This document shows, piece by piece, positions 1 through 7,973 of a stretch of 64,000 bases of DNA. The DNA comes from Akkermansia muciniphila. Its GTDB lineage: Bacteria > Bacillota > Clostridia > Oscillospirales > CAG-272. Each line of letters opens with the position of its first letter. Position 1 is the first letter of the stretch. Under the pieces are notes generated by a model. It searched no databases and was not told the DNA's origin. It saw only the letters and a program-made list of their open reading frames with translations. The stretch covers positions 24,715-88,714 of the forward strand of contig CAVDSZ010000008.1 in NCBI GenBank assembly GCA_963611795.1, written 5' to 3'. The translations under genes and the position numbers were made by a program.

Positions 1-302
1 CGGCGGACGAACTCATTCGTGACCTCTTCCCCGACATTCCGCTCGTCGTCGGCGACAGCCCGGCGGTCAAGCGCAAACCCGCCCCCGACGGCGTGTGGCT
101 CGCGCTCGAGAAGCTCGGTGTCGACCGTGCGGACGCCGCCTATGTCGGCGACAGCAATATTGACTACGAAACGGCGAAGAACGCGTCTCTGCCCAGTCTC
201 TCCGTCCTCTGGGGCTTCCGCACGCGGGAGGAACTCGTCGCCTGCGGTGCCGATACCTTCTTTGAGACGCCGGAGGCGCTCGCCGATTACCTCCTCAACT
301 AA
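1..302 (+). CDS. HAD-superfamily hydrolase, phosphoglycolate-phosphatase-like (5' end cut by window edge)
   Basis: Frame 3 is open from nt 3. Translation ...VVGDSPAVKRKPAPDGVWLALEKLGV..AAYVGDSNIDYETAKNA... shows the HAD motif III Lys and motif IV GDxxxD. Stop at 300-302. Confidence 0.7.
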   Translation, partial: ADELIRDLFPDIPLVVGDSPAVKRKPAPDGVWLALEKLGVDRADAAYVGDSNIDYETAKNASLPSLSVLWGFRTREELVACGADTFFETPEALADYLLN

Positions 303-334
303 ACCGGCTACCCGAAAATGAAAACAAAACCGCC

Positions 335-372
335 CGGCGGCACGATTTCAGTCGTGCCGCCGTTTTTCTTTT
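335..372 (+). terminator. Rho-independent terminator after HAD gene
   Basis: Stem CGGCGGCACG / CGTGCCGCCG (335-344 / 353-362) followed by TTTTTCTTTT. Confidence 0.7.
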
Positions 373-521
373 GCCGTCGGTTGCGTTTTGACAGATATGC
401 TCGAAAGAATGAGCATTATCTATCTATGAGAAATTGTCGAAAGATAGGGAATTTTCCGATTTTTGAGCATAGATTATAATATAAATGCTCAAGTGCAAAT
501 GCGGAAACGGAGATACGCGGA

Positions 522-746
522 ATGATTGTCTACACGCCGCTCTATGAGACTATGCGTAAGCGGGGAATCAGCACCTATCAGCTCATCACCTATCATGGTG
601 TCAGTCGTGGGCTCATCAATCGCTTAAAGCATAATCAGGCAATTACGACCGTCACGCTTAACGATCTTTGCACGATTCTCAACTGCCGCCCGGAGGAAAT
701 AGTCGCATACATACCGGACAACGTCGAAACACTCATCGAGGTATAA
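522..746 (+). CDS. XRE/Cro-C1 family helix-turn-helix transcriptional regulator (74 aa)
   Basis: MRKRGISTYQLITYHGVSRGLINRLKHNQAITTVTLNDLCTILNCRPEEIV is a typical HTH_26/XRE layout. An AT-rich promoter region lies upstream. Confidence 0.8.
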   Translation: MIVYTPLYETMRKRGISTYQLITYHGVSRGLINRLKHNQAITTVTLNDLCTILNCRPEEIVAYIPDNVETLIEV

Positions 747-749
747 ATC

Positions 750-1070
750 ATGTTGCGTAAGAAAATACTCGTCATCTGTTTGGTGCTCATCTCGCTCCTT
801 GTCTCTGTTGTCTGCCCCTGTCTGAGCTCCTGTTCCGATTCCACCGTCACCGATATCACCATGCCGCGGGATTATCAGAACGATGATTCCCTGCGCGATA
901 CCACCGACGTTCCCGAATACTACGTGGGCAACCTCGCGAGCAAGGTGTTTCACCGCCCCGACTGTAATCGCGTCCCGCTGATGAACATCGCCAACCATGT
1001 CGCGCTCCGGTATTCGAGAGACGAAATTATCATGCGGGGATACGCCCCCTGCGGCATCTGCCACCCCTGA
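750..1070 (+). CDS. Small secreted/lipoprotein-like protein with C-terminal Cys/His-rich (Ada-type Zn-binding-like) domain
   Basis: N-terminal hydrophobic signal with Cys-containing cleavage region (LLVSVVCPCLSSCS). C-terminus is KVFHRPDCNRV...GYAPCGICHP. Starts 4 nt after the XRE stop. Confidence 0.55.
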   Translation: MLRKKILVICLVLISLLVSVVCPCLSSCSDSTVTDITMPRDYQNDDSLRDTTDVPEYYVGNLASKVFHRPDCNRVPLMNIANHVALRYSRDEIIMRGYAPCGICHP

Positions 1071-1082
1071 CGCATGAACAAC

Positions 1083-1117
1083 AGAAAAGGACGTCGTTTC
1101 CGACGTCCTTTTTGTTT
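1083..1117. terminator. Bidirectional terminator between convergent genes
   Basis: Stem AAGGACGTCG / CGACGTCCTT, flanked by an A-run on the left and TTTTGTTT on the right. Confidence 0.65.
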
Positions 1118-1153
1118 GACCTTTTGTGATGGTCGGTTTTTTGTTTCCCGATA

Positions 1154-2734
1154 TTATTTCCCGAACTCTGCGAGTTCCACCCCCGGGTTCTGTTCGAGAA
1201 ACCAACCAATCATATATTCGCTCTGAAACAGGATAAAATTGTTCCCCCGCACGTCCTGCACCCACTTATTATCGAAGAACTTGACGTTCTTCGGGTCGGC
1301 GGGTGCCACGATGCGCCGAATGGCGCGATAGGGCTGGGGTGTCGCCAGATACTCGACATTATATTCGCTCTTCATGCGGAACTTCAGCACGTCGAATTGC
1401 AGGGTGCCGACGACGCCGACCGTCACGCGCTCCATGGACGCCCCCGGCTCGAAGAACATCTGAATCGCACCTTCCTGCGCAATCTGCGTCATGCCCTTGG
1501 CGAACTGCTTGCGCTTCATGCTGTCGAGCTGCTCCACCATCATAAAGATCTCGGGCGCAAAGGTCGGAATGCCCTCGAAACGCACCTTGTGCGCGGGTGA
1601 GCAGATGGTATCGCCGATTGAATAAATGCCCGGGTCGAACACGCCGATGATGTCCCCGGCGTAGGCGGTGTCGATGACCGCGCGCTCCTGCGCCATCATC
1701 TGCTGCGGCTGAGAGAGTTTCAGGGTCTTACCGCCCTGCACATGATAGTATTCCTCCCCACGGTCGAACTTGCCGGACACGATACGCATGAACGCGATAC
1801 GATCGCGGTGCGCGCGGTTCATATTTGCCTGAATCTTGAACACGAAGGCGGAGAACCCCTCGTCGAACGGGTCGACGATACCCTCCTCGCACGCGCGCGG
1901 CAGGGGGGAGGTCGTCAGACGCAGGAACTCCTTGAGGAACAGTTCCACCCCGAAGTTATTGAGGGCGGAGCCGAAGAACACGGGCGACAGCCGCCCTTCA
2001 TGCACCGCCGCGAGATCGAAGTCGAAGCACGCCCCGTCGAGCAACTCCACCTGGTCGCGCAAATCTCTCTGCTGGTACTCGTCCATGAGGTCGCCGAGCG
2101 ACGCGAGGTTGTCGAGCGAGCACTCGATTGCCTGCAGGCGGCGCGAGCCCGCGTGCGCCTCTCCAAACGCGTAGACCGCCTTTTTCTCACGGTCGTACAC
2201 GCCGCGGAAACTGTTCCCGCACCCAATCGGCCAGTTCATCGGATAGGTCCCGATGCCGAACTCTTTCTCGAGCTCGTCCAGCAGATCGAAGGGGTCGCGG
2301 CTCTCGCGGTCCATCTTGTTGATGAACGTGAAAATCGGGATATGCCGCATGGCGCAGACCTTGAAGAGCTTGCGCGTCTGCGGCTCGATGCCCTTTGCCG
2401 CGTCGATGACCATGACGGCACTGTCCGCCGCCATGAGAGTGCGGTAGGTGTCCTCTGAGAAGTCCTGATGCCCCGGGGTATCCAGAATGTTGATACAGTA
2501 GCCGTCATACTCGAACTGCATGACCGAGGAGGTCACGGAGATTCCTCTCTGCTTTTCGAGTTCCATCCAGTCGGAGACGGCGTGCCGATCGCTCGCCTTC
2601 CCTTTGACGGTCCCGGCGGATTGAATCGCGCCGCCGTACAGCAGGAGTTTTTCCGTGAGCGTGGTTTTCCCGGCGTCCGGGTGCGAGATGATGGCGAAGG
2701 TACGCCGCCGTCTGATTTCTTCTTGGGTCGTCAT
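1154..2734 (-). CDS. prfC: Peptide chain release factor 3 (GTPase)
   Basis: 526 aa. N-terminus RRRTFAIISHPDAGKTTLTEKLLLYGGAIQ, followed by DTPGHQDF and NKMD G-motifs. Length and motifs fit RF3. Confidence 0.95.
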   Translation of the reverse strand: MTTQEEIRRRRTFAIISHPDAGKTTLTEKLLLYGGAIQSAGTVKGKASDRHAVSDWMELEKQRGISVTSSVMQFEYDGYCINILDTPGHQDFSEDTYRTLMAADSAVMVIDAAKGIEPQTRKLFKVCAMRHIPIFTFINKMDRESRDPFDLLDELEKEFGIGTYPMNWPIGCGNSFRGVYDREKKAVYAFGEAHAGSRRLQAIECSLDNLASLGDLMDEYQQRDLRDQVELLDGACFDFDLAAVHEGRLSPVFFGSALNNFGVELFLKEFLRLTTSPLPRACEEGIVDPFDEGFSAFVFKIQANMNRAHRDRIAFMRIVSGKFDRGEEYYHVQGGKTLKLSQPQQMMAQERAVIDTAYAGDIIGVFDPGIYSIGDTICSPAHKVRFEGIPTFAPEIFMMVEQLDSMKRKQFAKGMTQIAQEGAIQMFFEPGASMERVTVGVVGTLQFDVLKFRMKSEYNVEYLATPQPYRAIRRIVAPADPKNVKFFDNKWVQDVRGNNFILFQSEYMIGWFLEQNPGVELAEFGK

Positions 2735-2766
2735 AGTCCGTCCTTTACCGAAGTCGACCCGGGGCG

Positions 2767-3702
2767 TTATCCCCGGGTACGAAGAATTTGTAAGAGTTTC
2801 TCGAAGTCCGCGGTCAGCGGCACTTCAAAGTGCATCTGCGCCCCGGTCCTCGGGTGCAGGAACGAGAGTTCTTTCGCAATCAGCGCCTGCCCGTGCAGAT
2901 ACGCCGCGTGCGACTTCTCGAAAGCAGTATGCCCGCCGCCATACAGCGTATCGCCGAGGAGCGGATGCCCGAGCGACGCCATGTGGACGCGGATTTGGTG
3001 CGTCCTTCCCGTTTCGAGCCGGAGCTCGAGATAAGTAACGTTCCCGAAATCCTCCAGCACACGATAGTGTGTGATTGCCTCCCGTGCCGTATGGCTCCCG
3101 TCGCGGATGACCGCCATTTTCTTGCGGTCTTTCGGGTGGCGTCCGATTGGCGCATCGACCGTCCCCGCCGCCTCGCGGAATCCGCCGACGGCAAGCGCAT
3201 GATAGACGCGGCTGATGCCGTGATGCGCCATTTGCGCGGTCAGCCCCGCGTGGGCAAAATCGTTTTTGGCGACGACGAGCAGACCCGCCGTATCCTTGTC
3301 GATGCGGTGCACAATCCCGGGGCGCTCCATGCCTCCCACGCCGGAGAGTTCCCCCCGACAATGAAACAGCAAGGCATTGACGAGCGTGCCGTCCGGGTTC
3401 CCGGGGGCGGGGTGCACCACCATGCCGACCGGCTTATTGACGACGAGCAGGTCGCCGTCCTCATAGACGATATCGAGCGGGAGCTCCTGCGCCTCGACCC
3501 CGGCGGGGGTGGGGGCGGGCTCCTCCCAGACGATTTCGGTGCCGGGCGTCAAACGCGCATTCTTCGCGGCAGGCTTTCCCCCGACAAGGATTGCGCCGTC
3601 CGCGCACAGGCGCGCGACGGCGGTGCGGGAGAGCGCCGTATGCTCGGCAAGATACACGTCGAGACGCGCGAGCGCGCCGTCAGTCCCGACCGTCAGTTTC
3701 AT
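2767..3702 (-). CDS. rluD: RluA-family 23S rRNA pseudouridine synthase (RluD-like)
   Basis: N-terminal S4 domain (RLDVYLAE...SRTAV), catalytic HRIDKDTAGLLVVAK, and C-terminal GRTHQIRVH. Confidence 0.9.
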   Translation of the reverse strand: MKLTVGTDGALARLDVYLAEHTALSRTAVARLCADGAILVGGKPAAKNARLTPGTEIVWEEPAPTPAGVEAQELPLDIVYEDGDLLVVNKPVGMVVHPAPGNPDGTLVNALLFHCRGELSGVGGMERPGIVHRIDKDTAGLLVVAKNDFAHAGLTAQMAHHGISRVYHALAVGGFREAAGTVDAPIGRHPKDRKKMAVIRDGSHTAREAITHYRVLEDFGNVTYLELRLETGRTHQIRVHMASLGHPLLGDTLYGGGHTAFEKSHAAYLHGQALIAKELSFLHPRTGAQMHFEVPLTADFEKLLQILRTRG

Positions 3703-4297
3703 GGTTCGTATCTCCGCTGTCCTCCCCGGAGACAGCCTTTTTCTGTTTTTCCTTTTTCCCCTCGCGTACCATTTCGACCACCAGCGCGATGAGCAGCATC
3801 ACCGCCCCGACGCACACGAAACAGTCCGCCCCGTTGAAAATGGGGAAACCGCCGAACACGTCCATGAACGTCGCGTCGAGGAAGTCCACGACCTCCCCCA
3901 GGAACACGCGGTCGATCATATTGCCGATGCCCCCGCCGATGACGAAGGCAAGTCCGAGGTCAATCCAGCGGTTGCCTTCCCGCTTCCCGAACAGATACAG
4001 CGAGAACGCAACGATGCCGACGACGGACAGCACCATGAACACCCAGCGGTGATTGTCCAGCATCCCCCATGCGGCGCCGTCGTTCGTGATATACGTGAAG
4101 CTCAGCACGTGCGGAATCACCGTCACGGAATCATAGAGACGCATCTTCAGAACCACGATGCGTTTCGTAACCTGGTCGATTGCGATTGCGCCGAGCGCGA
4201 CGAGCAGGTAGTACCACCGTGCGCGGAATCCGCGCGGCACGGAGACGAGGAAGAATTCTTTCAACGCCGCTTTGGCGCGTGTCCACTTTTCTTTCAT
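3680..4297 (-). CDS. lspA: Lipoprotein signal peptidase II
   Basis: AIDQVTKRIV...FTYITNDGAAWGML...GGGIGNMIDRV...VVDFLD...FPIFNGADCFV are LspA signature blocks. The gene overlaps the rluD start. Confidence 0.9.
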   Translation of the reverse strand: MKEKWTRAKAALKEFFLVSVPRGFRARWYYLLVALGAIAIDQVTKRIVVLKMRLYDSVTVIPHVLSFTYITNDGAAWGMLDNHRWVFMVLSVVGIVAFSLYLFGKREGNRWIDLGLAFVIGGGIGNMIDRVFLGEVVDFLDATFMDVFGGFPIFNGADCFVCVGAVMLLIALVVEMVREGKKEKQKKAVSGEDSGDTNHETDGRD

Positions 4298-4306
4298 GTC
4301 CGCCCC

Positions 4307-4588
4307 TTATATCTTCAGCGTCGGCAACAGTCCGTTTAAGAGCGTCAGAAGCAGCATCGTGATGAAGAACGGGACGTCCAGAGGCGACTCGTCAAGTGCC
4401 TTGATTTTACTGCAAAGCACGCGTATCGGCAGAATAATCGGTTCCGTCACGGCGTAGAGAAACAGCATCAGCCGATTCTCGTCATCGGTGATGAACCACG
4501 ACAGGATTGCGCGCAGGAACATCGCGAGCTCGAGGAACCCGAGCAGCAGCTGCACCGTCCGCGCAATCACATACAAAAATGCCTGCAT
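4307..4588 (-). CDS. YggT family membrane protein
   Basis: 93 aa with two TM segments (LRAILSWF...PIILPIR). It sits in the conserved position between sepF and lspA. Confidence 0.8.
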   Translation of the reverse strand: MQAFLYVIARTVQLLLGFLELAMFLRAILSWFITDDENRLMLFLYAVTEPIILPIRVLCSKIKALDESPLDVPFFITMLLLTLLNGLLPTLKI

Positions 4589-4589
4589 C

Positions 4590-4991
4590 TCAGTTGGTCT
4601 TGGAGGGGTCGCTCACGTCCACGTTCCGGGGGGAAATGATATACGTGCAGGCGGAGCCCTTCTGAATCTGTCCGCCGCCGGAGTAGGCGACCCCGGTCAG
4701 GAAGTCGAGAATGCGGCGGGTCACGTCGGGCGCCGTCGCCTCCAGGTTCAGAAACACCGTACAGCCCGAAAGCAAATAATCGGCGATCGTCGTCACTTCC
4801 TCAAACGTCTCGGGGCGGACGAGTTTGAGTTCGAGATTGGCGCCCTCGCGCCCGTCGAGCGTCAGCCCGTTCCCCGTCGGGGCGGCAGGCGCCGCCGGCG
4901 TCGCGGTCTCGGTCGGCGTCACGTCCTCATAGTACCCGTCGCCGTCATAAGTCTCCATATCCGATCTCCGTCCAAACGAAAAAATACCCAT
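4590..4991 (-). CDS. sepF: Cell division protein SepF
   Basis: LELKLVRPETFEEVTTIADYLLSGCTVFLNLE...RRILDFLTGVAYSGGGQIQK. Synteny with yggS and yggT. Confidence 0.9.
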   Translation of the reverse strand: MGIFSFGRRSDMETYDGDGYYEDVTPTETATPAAPAAPTGNGLTLDGREGANLELKLVRPETFEEVTTIADYLLSGCTVFLNLEATAPDVTRRILDFLTGVAYSGGGQIQKGSACTYIISPRNVDVSDPSKTN

Positions 4992-5026
4992 CGTGATTCT
5001 CCTTATTTTGTGTCTTGCGTGTTTTT

Positions 5027-5725
5027 TTATTCATGTATCCAGAACGCCCGCCCGATACGCACCATATTGGCGCCCTCGGCGATGGCGATCCGATAGGATT
5101 CGCTCATGCCCATGGAAAGGATCGGCTCTCCGGAAAATCGTCCTTCGGCGGCGAAACGCCGATAGAGTTCCCGCGTCTCGGCAAAGCAGCGAGCCGTGAC
5201 GCTTGTCTCGGCGCCGACGGGACCCATGGTCATCACGCCTCGGAGCCGAATATGCGAATATGCCCGGATTGCATCGGCGAGCGTCTCGGCGTCCTCGGGC
5301 AGAACACCGCCTTTCGCGACTTCGCGCCCGCTGTTGACCTCGAGCAGGCACTCCACCGTCTCCACGCCCGCCGCGGCGGCGCGTTTATCGATTTCGGCGG
5401 CGAGCCGTTCGCTGTCGAGCGACTGGATGAGGTCAGTCTTGCCGACGACCGTTTTCACTTTGTTGGTCTGCAAAGACCCGATGAGATGAAAGCGGGGCGT
5501 GTGACCAAGCGTCGCGGCGAGTGCACGGCGGGCAAGGAAACGGTCGGTGCGATTTTCGCCGATCTCGCGGATCAGCCCCGTCGCCAGCAGTTCCGCGACT
5601 TCTTCATCGGTGCCGCTCTTCGTCACAGCGACGAGCCGCGGCATCGGCTGCCCCGCTCCCGTGGCGAGAGACGCCACTTCGTCAAGGATTCGCTCCGCGT
5701 TACGGCGCACATACGATACATCCAC
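5027..5725 (-). CDS. YggS/YlmE-family pyridoxal-phosphate homeostasis protein
   Basis: LVAVTKSGTDEEV..., HLIGSLQTNKVK and MGMSESY motifs. I prefer the GTG start at 5725, preceded by GGAGG, over the ORF-track ATG at 5797. Confidence 0.85.
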   Translation of the reverse strand: MDVSYVRRNAERILDEVASLATGAGQPMPRLVAVTKSGTDEEVAELLATGLIREIGENRTDRFLARRALAATLGHTPRFHLIGSLQTNKVKTVVGKTDLIQSLDSERLAAEIDKRAAAAGVETVECLLEVNSGREVAKGGVLPEDAETLADAIRAYSHIRLRGVMTMGPVGAETSVTARCFAETRELYRRFAAEGRFSGEPILSMGMSESYRIAIAEGANMVRIGRAFWIHE

Positions 5726-6015
5726 TTGCGAAAATTCCTCCGGCGCGCGTAATTTGATATAAAACAGTATATCATAAGTAAAACCGCTTTTCAACACCTA
5801 TTTTCCCGTCATTTTTCGACAATCCGCCCTCGTCGGTCATGCCGCCGATGAAGGCGGAGGGCACCCCGCCTCTTCTGTACGAACACCGAACTTTCTGCTG
5901 CCACGCGAGTGACGGGATGCGAAAACAGGCAGCAGAATTGACGGCGCGGAGCCGAAGAAACCGGGCGCCTCTCCGTTTTAACGGACTGTTACAGCCACAC
6001 AAAGAGGTCCTTCAC

Positions 6016-7176
6016 ATGAAAGAAATCGACGACGGGCTTTCGATTGCCCACTTTACGGGAGACGACGGTCTCTCCGCCTTTCTGTCGGTGGGTGCCGCCG
6101 GGGAAGCGGCGCTCGGCGCGTATGTCCGCGCGTGGCTCGCAGGGCGTAACGCACCTCCGGGAGAAACGGGCGCCGTGGGTGGCGGTATCGGTTTCGGTTG
6201 CAGTACCCTGACCGCACGGAACGCCGCAGGAGACGTCCTCTTCGGGCGCAATCTCGACTGGGAACGCTCCTCTGCCCTGATTCTCACCGACGCCCCCGCG
6301 TCAGGCGACTACGCGTCCGTCTCCACCGTCAATCTTGAAGTCATGCGCTACTGCGGCATCGGCGATCTTTCCGCCCTGACGGAAGAGGACTTTCTCAAAG
6401 CCGCGCTGTATTTCCCGCTGGACGGCATGAATGAAAAGGGCTTTGCCCTCTCCGTCAATATGATTAAGGACGCGGGCGCTCGGGCACAGGAAACTTCCCC
6501 CGGAAAGACGCCCGTCAACTTCACCGCCGCCATTCGCCTGCTGCTCAACCGCGCCGCCACCGTTGCGGAGGCGGTAGCACTGCTCGGAGACTATAATCTG
6601 TGTGTCCCCGGCGGCGGACAGCTCTTCCACTTCGCCATGGCGGACAGAACGGGGAAAAGCGTCGTCGTCGAGTTCATCGACGGGAAAACGTATGTGACCG
6701 ACACCCCCGCCGTCACGAACTTTTACCTCACGCCGAACGCCGTCAGCGGTACCGACAAGTACGGCATCGGCACCGACCAGTCGGTGCAGCGTTTTGAGAC
6801 CCTGATGGCGAAACTCGCCGCCGCGCCCGATATCTCCAATGCCACCCAAGCCGGCGCCTCACCACACGAAATCGGCGCCGCACCTGTCGCCGCATCTCCG
6901 ATAACAACGGTAAACACGACTGCGCTTCCGGGTGCCGCCGCACTTCCAGACGGCGACGTGATTGCCGAAACCGCAGGCTCCTCCCCGTGTCTCTCCGCCG
7001 ACGACGTGCGCGATGCGCTCGCCTCCGTCGCGAAGTCCAATTTTGATGTCCCCGGCGCCTCCACCGAGTGGAGCGTCGTCTTCAACCTCGCGACCTGCGA
7101 TGCCACCTACTACCGCCGTGAGGACTGGTCCGCCCCCATTCCCTGCCGCGTTCCCGGCCCTGGGCGAGACGCGTAA
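6016..7176 (+). CDS. Linear amide C-N hydrolase, choloylglycine-hydrolase (Ntn, C59-like) family
   Basis: GCSTLTARNAAGDVLFGRNLDWERS places the nucleophile Cys about 17 residues before GRNxD. Start chosen at ATG 6016 (RBS AAAGAGG), which leaves about 61 aa before the Cys. Confidence 0.7.
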   Translation: MKEIDDGLSIAHFTGDDGLSAFLSVGAAGEAALGAYVRAWLAGRNAPPGETGAVGGGIGFGCSTLTARNAAGDVLFGRNLDWERSSALILTDAPASGDYASVSTVNLEVMRYCGIGDLSALTEEDFLKAALYFPLDGMNEKGFALSVNMIKDAGARAQETSPGKTPVNFTAAIRLLLNRAATVAEAVALLGDYNLCVPGGGQLFHFAMADRTGKSVVVEFIDGKTYVTDTPAVTNFYLTPNAVSGTDKYGIGTDQSVQRFETLMAKLAAAPDISNATQAGASPHEIGAAPVAASPITTVNTTALPGAAALPDGDVIAETAGSSPCLSADDVRDALASVAKSNFDVPGASTEWSVVFNLATCDATYYRREDWSAPIPCRVPGPGRDA

Positions 7177-7361
7177 ACGGATCTTTTTGCGGGACCCCCT
7201 ATTTGATCTAAAGGGGGCGCGTTGATCTAAAGAGGGTCTCGCCCCCTCCCCAAAAACTTTGAAACATTTTTGGGCTCTCGCAGACGGTCATCACCCCCGC
7301 GAAATCGAACCCGAAAGAAAAAGCGATTGCGTTCCGCAAGGGGCGCCCCCCGTCGCCCGCA

Positions 7362-7499
7362 CCTTTTAAAGTTCAGGCAACCGACACGGCTTTTCGTTTC
7401 CCTTTGAAAAGCCGTGTCGGTTGCCCATTATATCATTTTGGGGGCTAGTCTCCGCCCTTATCTGCGCCACTGCGCCAGCTATTGCTCAACTTTTGTACC
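7362..7499 (-). repeat. MITE-like element copy A3 (5' module plus hairpin module only)
   Basis: Minus-strand read: GGTACAAAAGTTGAGCAATAGCTGGCGCA..GCGCAGATAAGGGCGGAGACTAGCCCCC..TAATG, then a perfect 20-bp hairpin at 7376-7425 (GGCAACCGACACGGCTTTTC...GAAAAGCCGTGTCGGTTGCC). Matches modules at 57996-58030, 7926-7973, 37079-37122 and 50977-51025. Confidence 0.8.
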
Positions 7500-7669
7500 C
7501 GAGACAAGCGTGAGGAGCCGGAGCGAACTTTTTCATTGATCGGAGAAACCATTCGTTCGCCCTAGCATTTTCGCATAGCGAAAATGCACCATGCCTTAGT
7601 GGTAAGAGAAATCATTACGTTTTGAAGCCCCGTTAAACGTTGCGCTAGCTATTGTTTCACTTGTGTTGA
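7500..7669 (-). repeat. MITE-like element copy A2 (contains double-hairpin core copy 2 at 7522-7586)
   Basis: One end is CGAGACAAGCGTGAGGAG (7500-7517, + strand); the other end is degenerate (CTTGTGTTGA, 7660-7669). Core, read on the minus strand: CATTTTCGCTATGCGAAAATG..GGGCGAACGAATGGTTTCTCCGATCAA..GTTCGCT. Confidence 0.75.
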
Positions 7670-7973
7670 CGAGACAAGAGAGAAGGGAGGGAGAAACCGC
7701 GTTCACACGAACGTCGACGACTAGCGAACCATATAACTTGGTCGGAGAAACCGTTTGTTCGCCCACACATTTCCGCCATGCGGAAATGATTCCGCTTTTT
7801 GAAAGAGGAGTTCTTTACGGTGTACGGTAGAGCGTGCGAACGCGGTTAAAGCCCCCTCGTCTCTTAAAGTAAAGGCAACCGACAAAGCTCCTCATCTATC
7901 CGATGAAAAGTCAATATCGGTTGCCATTAAATTGTTTTGGGGGGCTTGATCTCCGCCCTTATCTCTTGTCTCG
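7670..7973 (-). repeat. MITE-like element copy A1 (304 bp, long form, perfect 12-bp TIRs)
   Basis: CGAGACAAGAGA at 7670-7681 is the exact reverse complement of TCTCTTGTCTCG at 7962-7973. Hairpin 7874-7925. Outer stem 7695-7709 / 7833-7847. Core copy 1 at 7723-7788. No ORF. Confidence 0.85.

Noticed and set aside
522-1070. The XRE gene plus the small downstream gene as a toxin-antitoxin pair.
   Set aside because: The second protein has a signal/lipoprotein-type N-terminus and a Zn-binding-like Cys/His domain, which does not fit a cytoplasmic toxin. No known toxin motif was recognised.
5839-6015. N-terminal extension of the hydrolase ORF. Similar 5' extensions are listed in the ORF track for asparaginase (to 36677), spoIIAA (to 41004), def (from 21988), the P-type ATPase (from 10101), the GGDEF gene (to 49959) and adh (from 46903).
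   Set aside because: The extensions are Arg/Pro-rich, overlap upstream genes or terminators, and lack an RBS. Internal starts with Shine-Dalgarno sequences give canonical N-termini.
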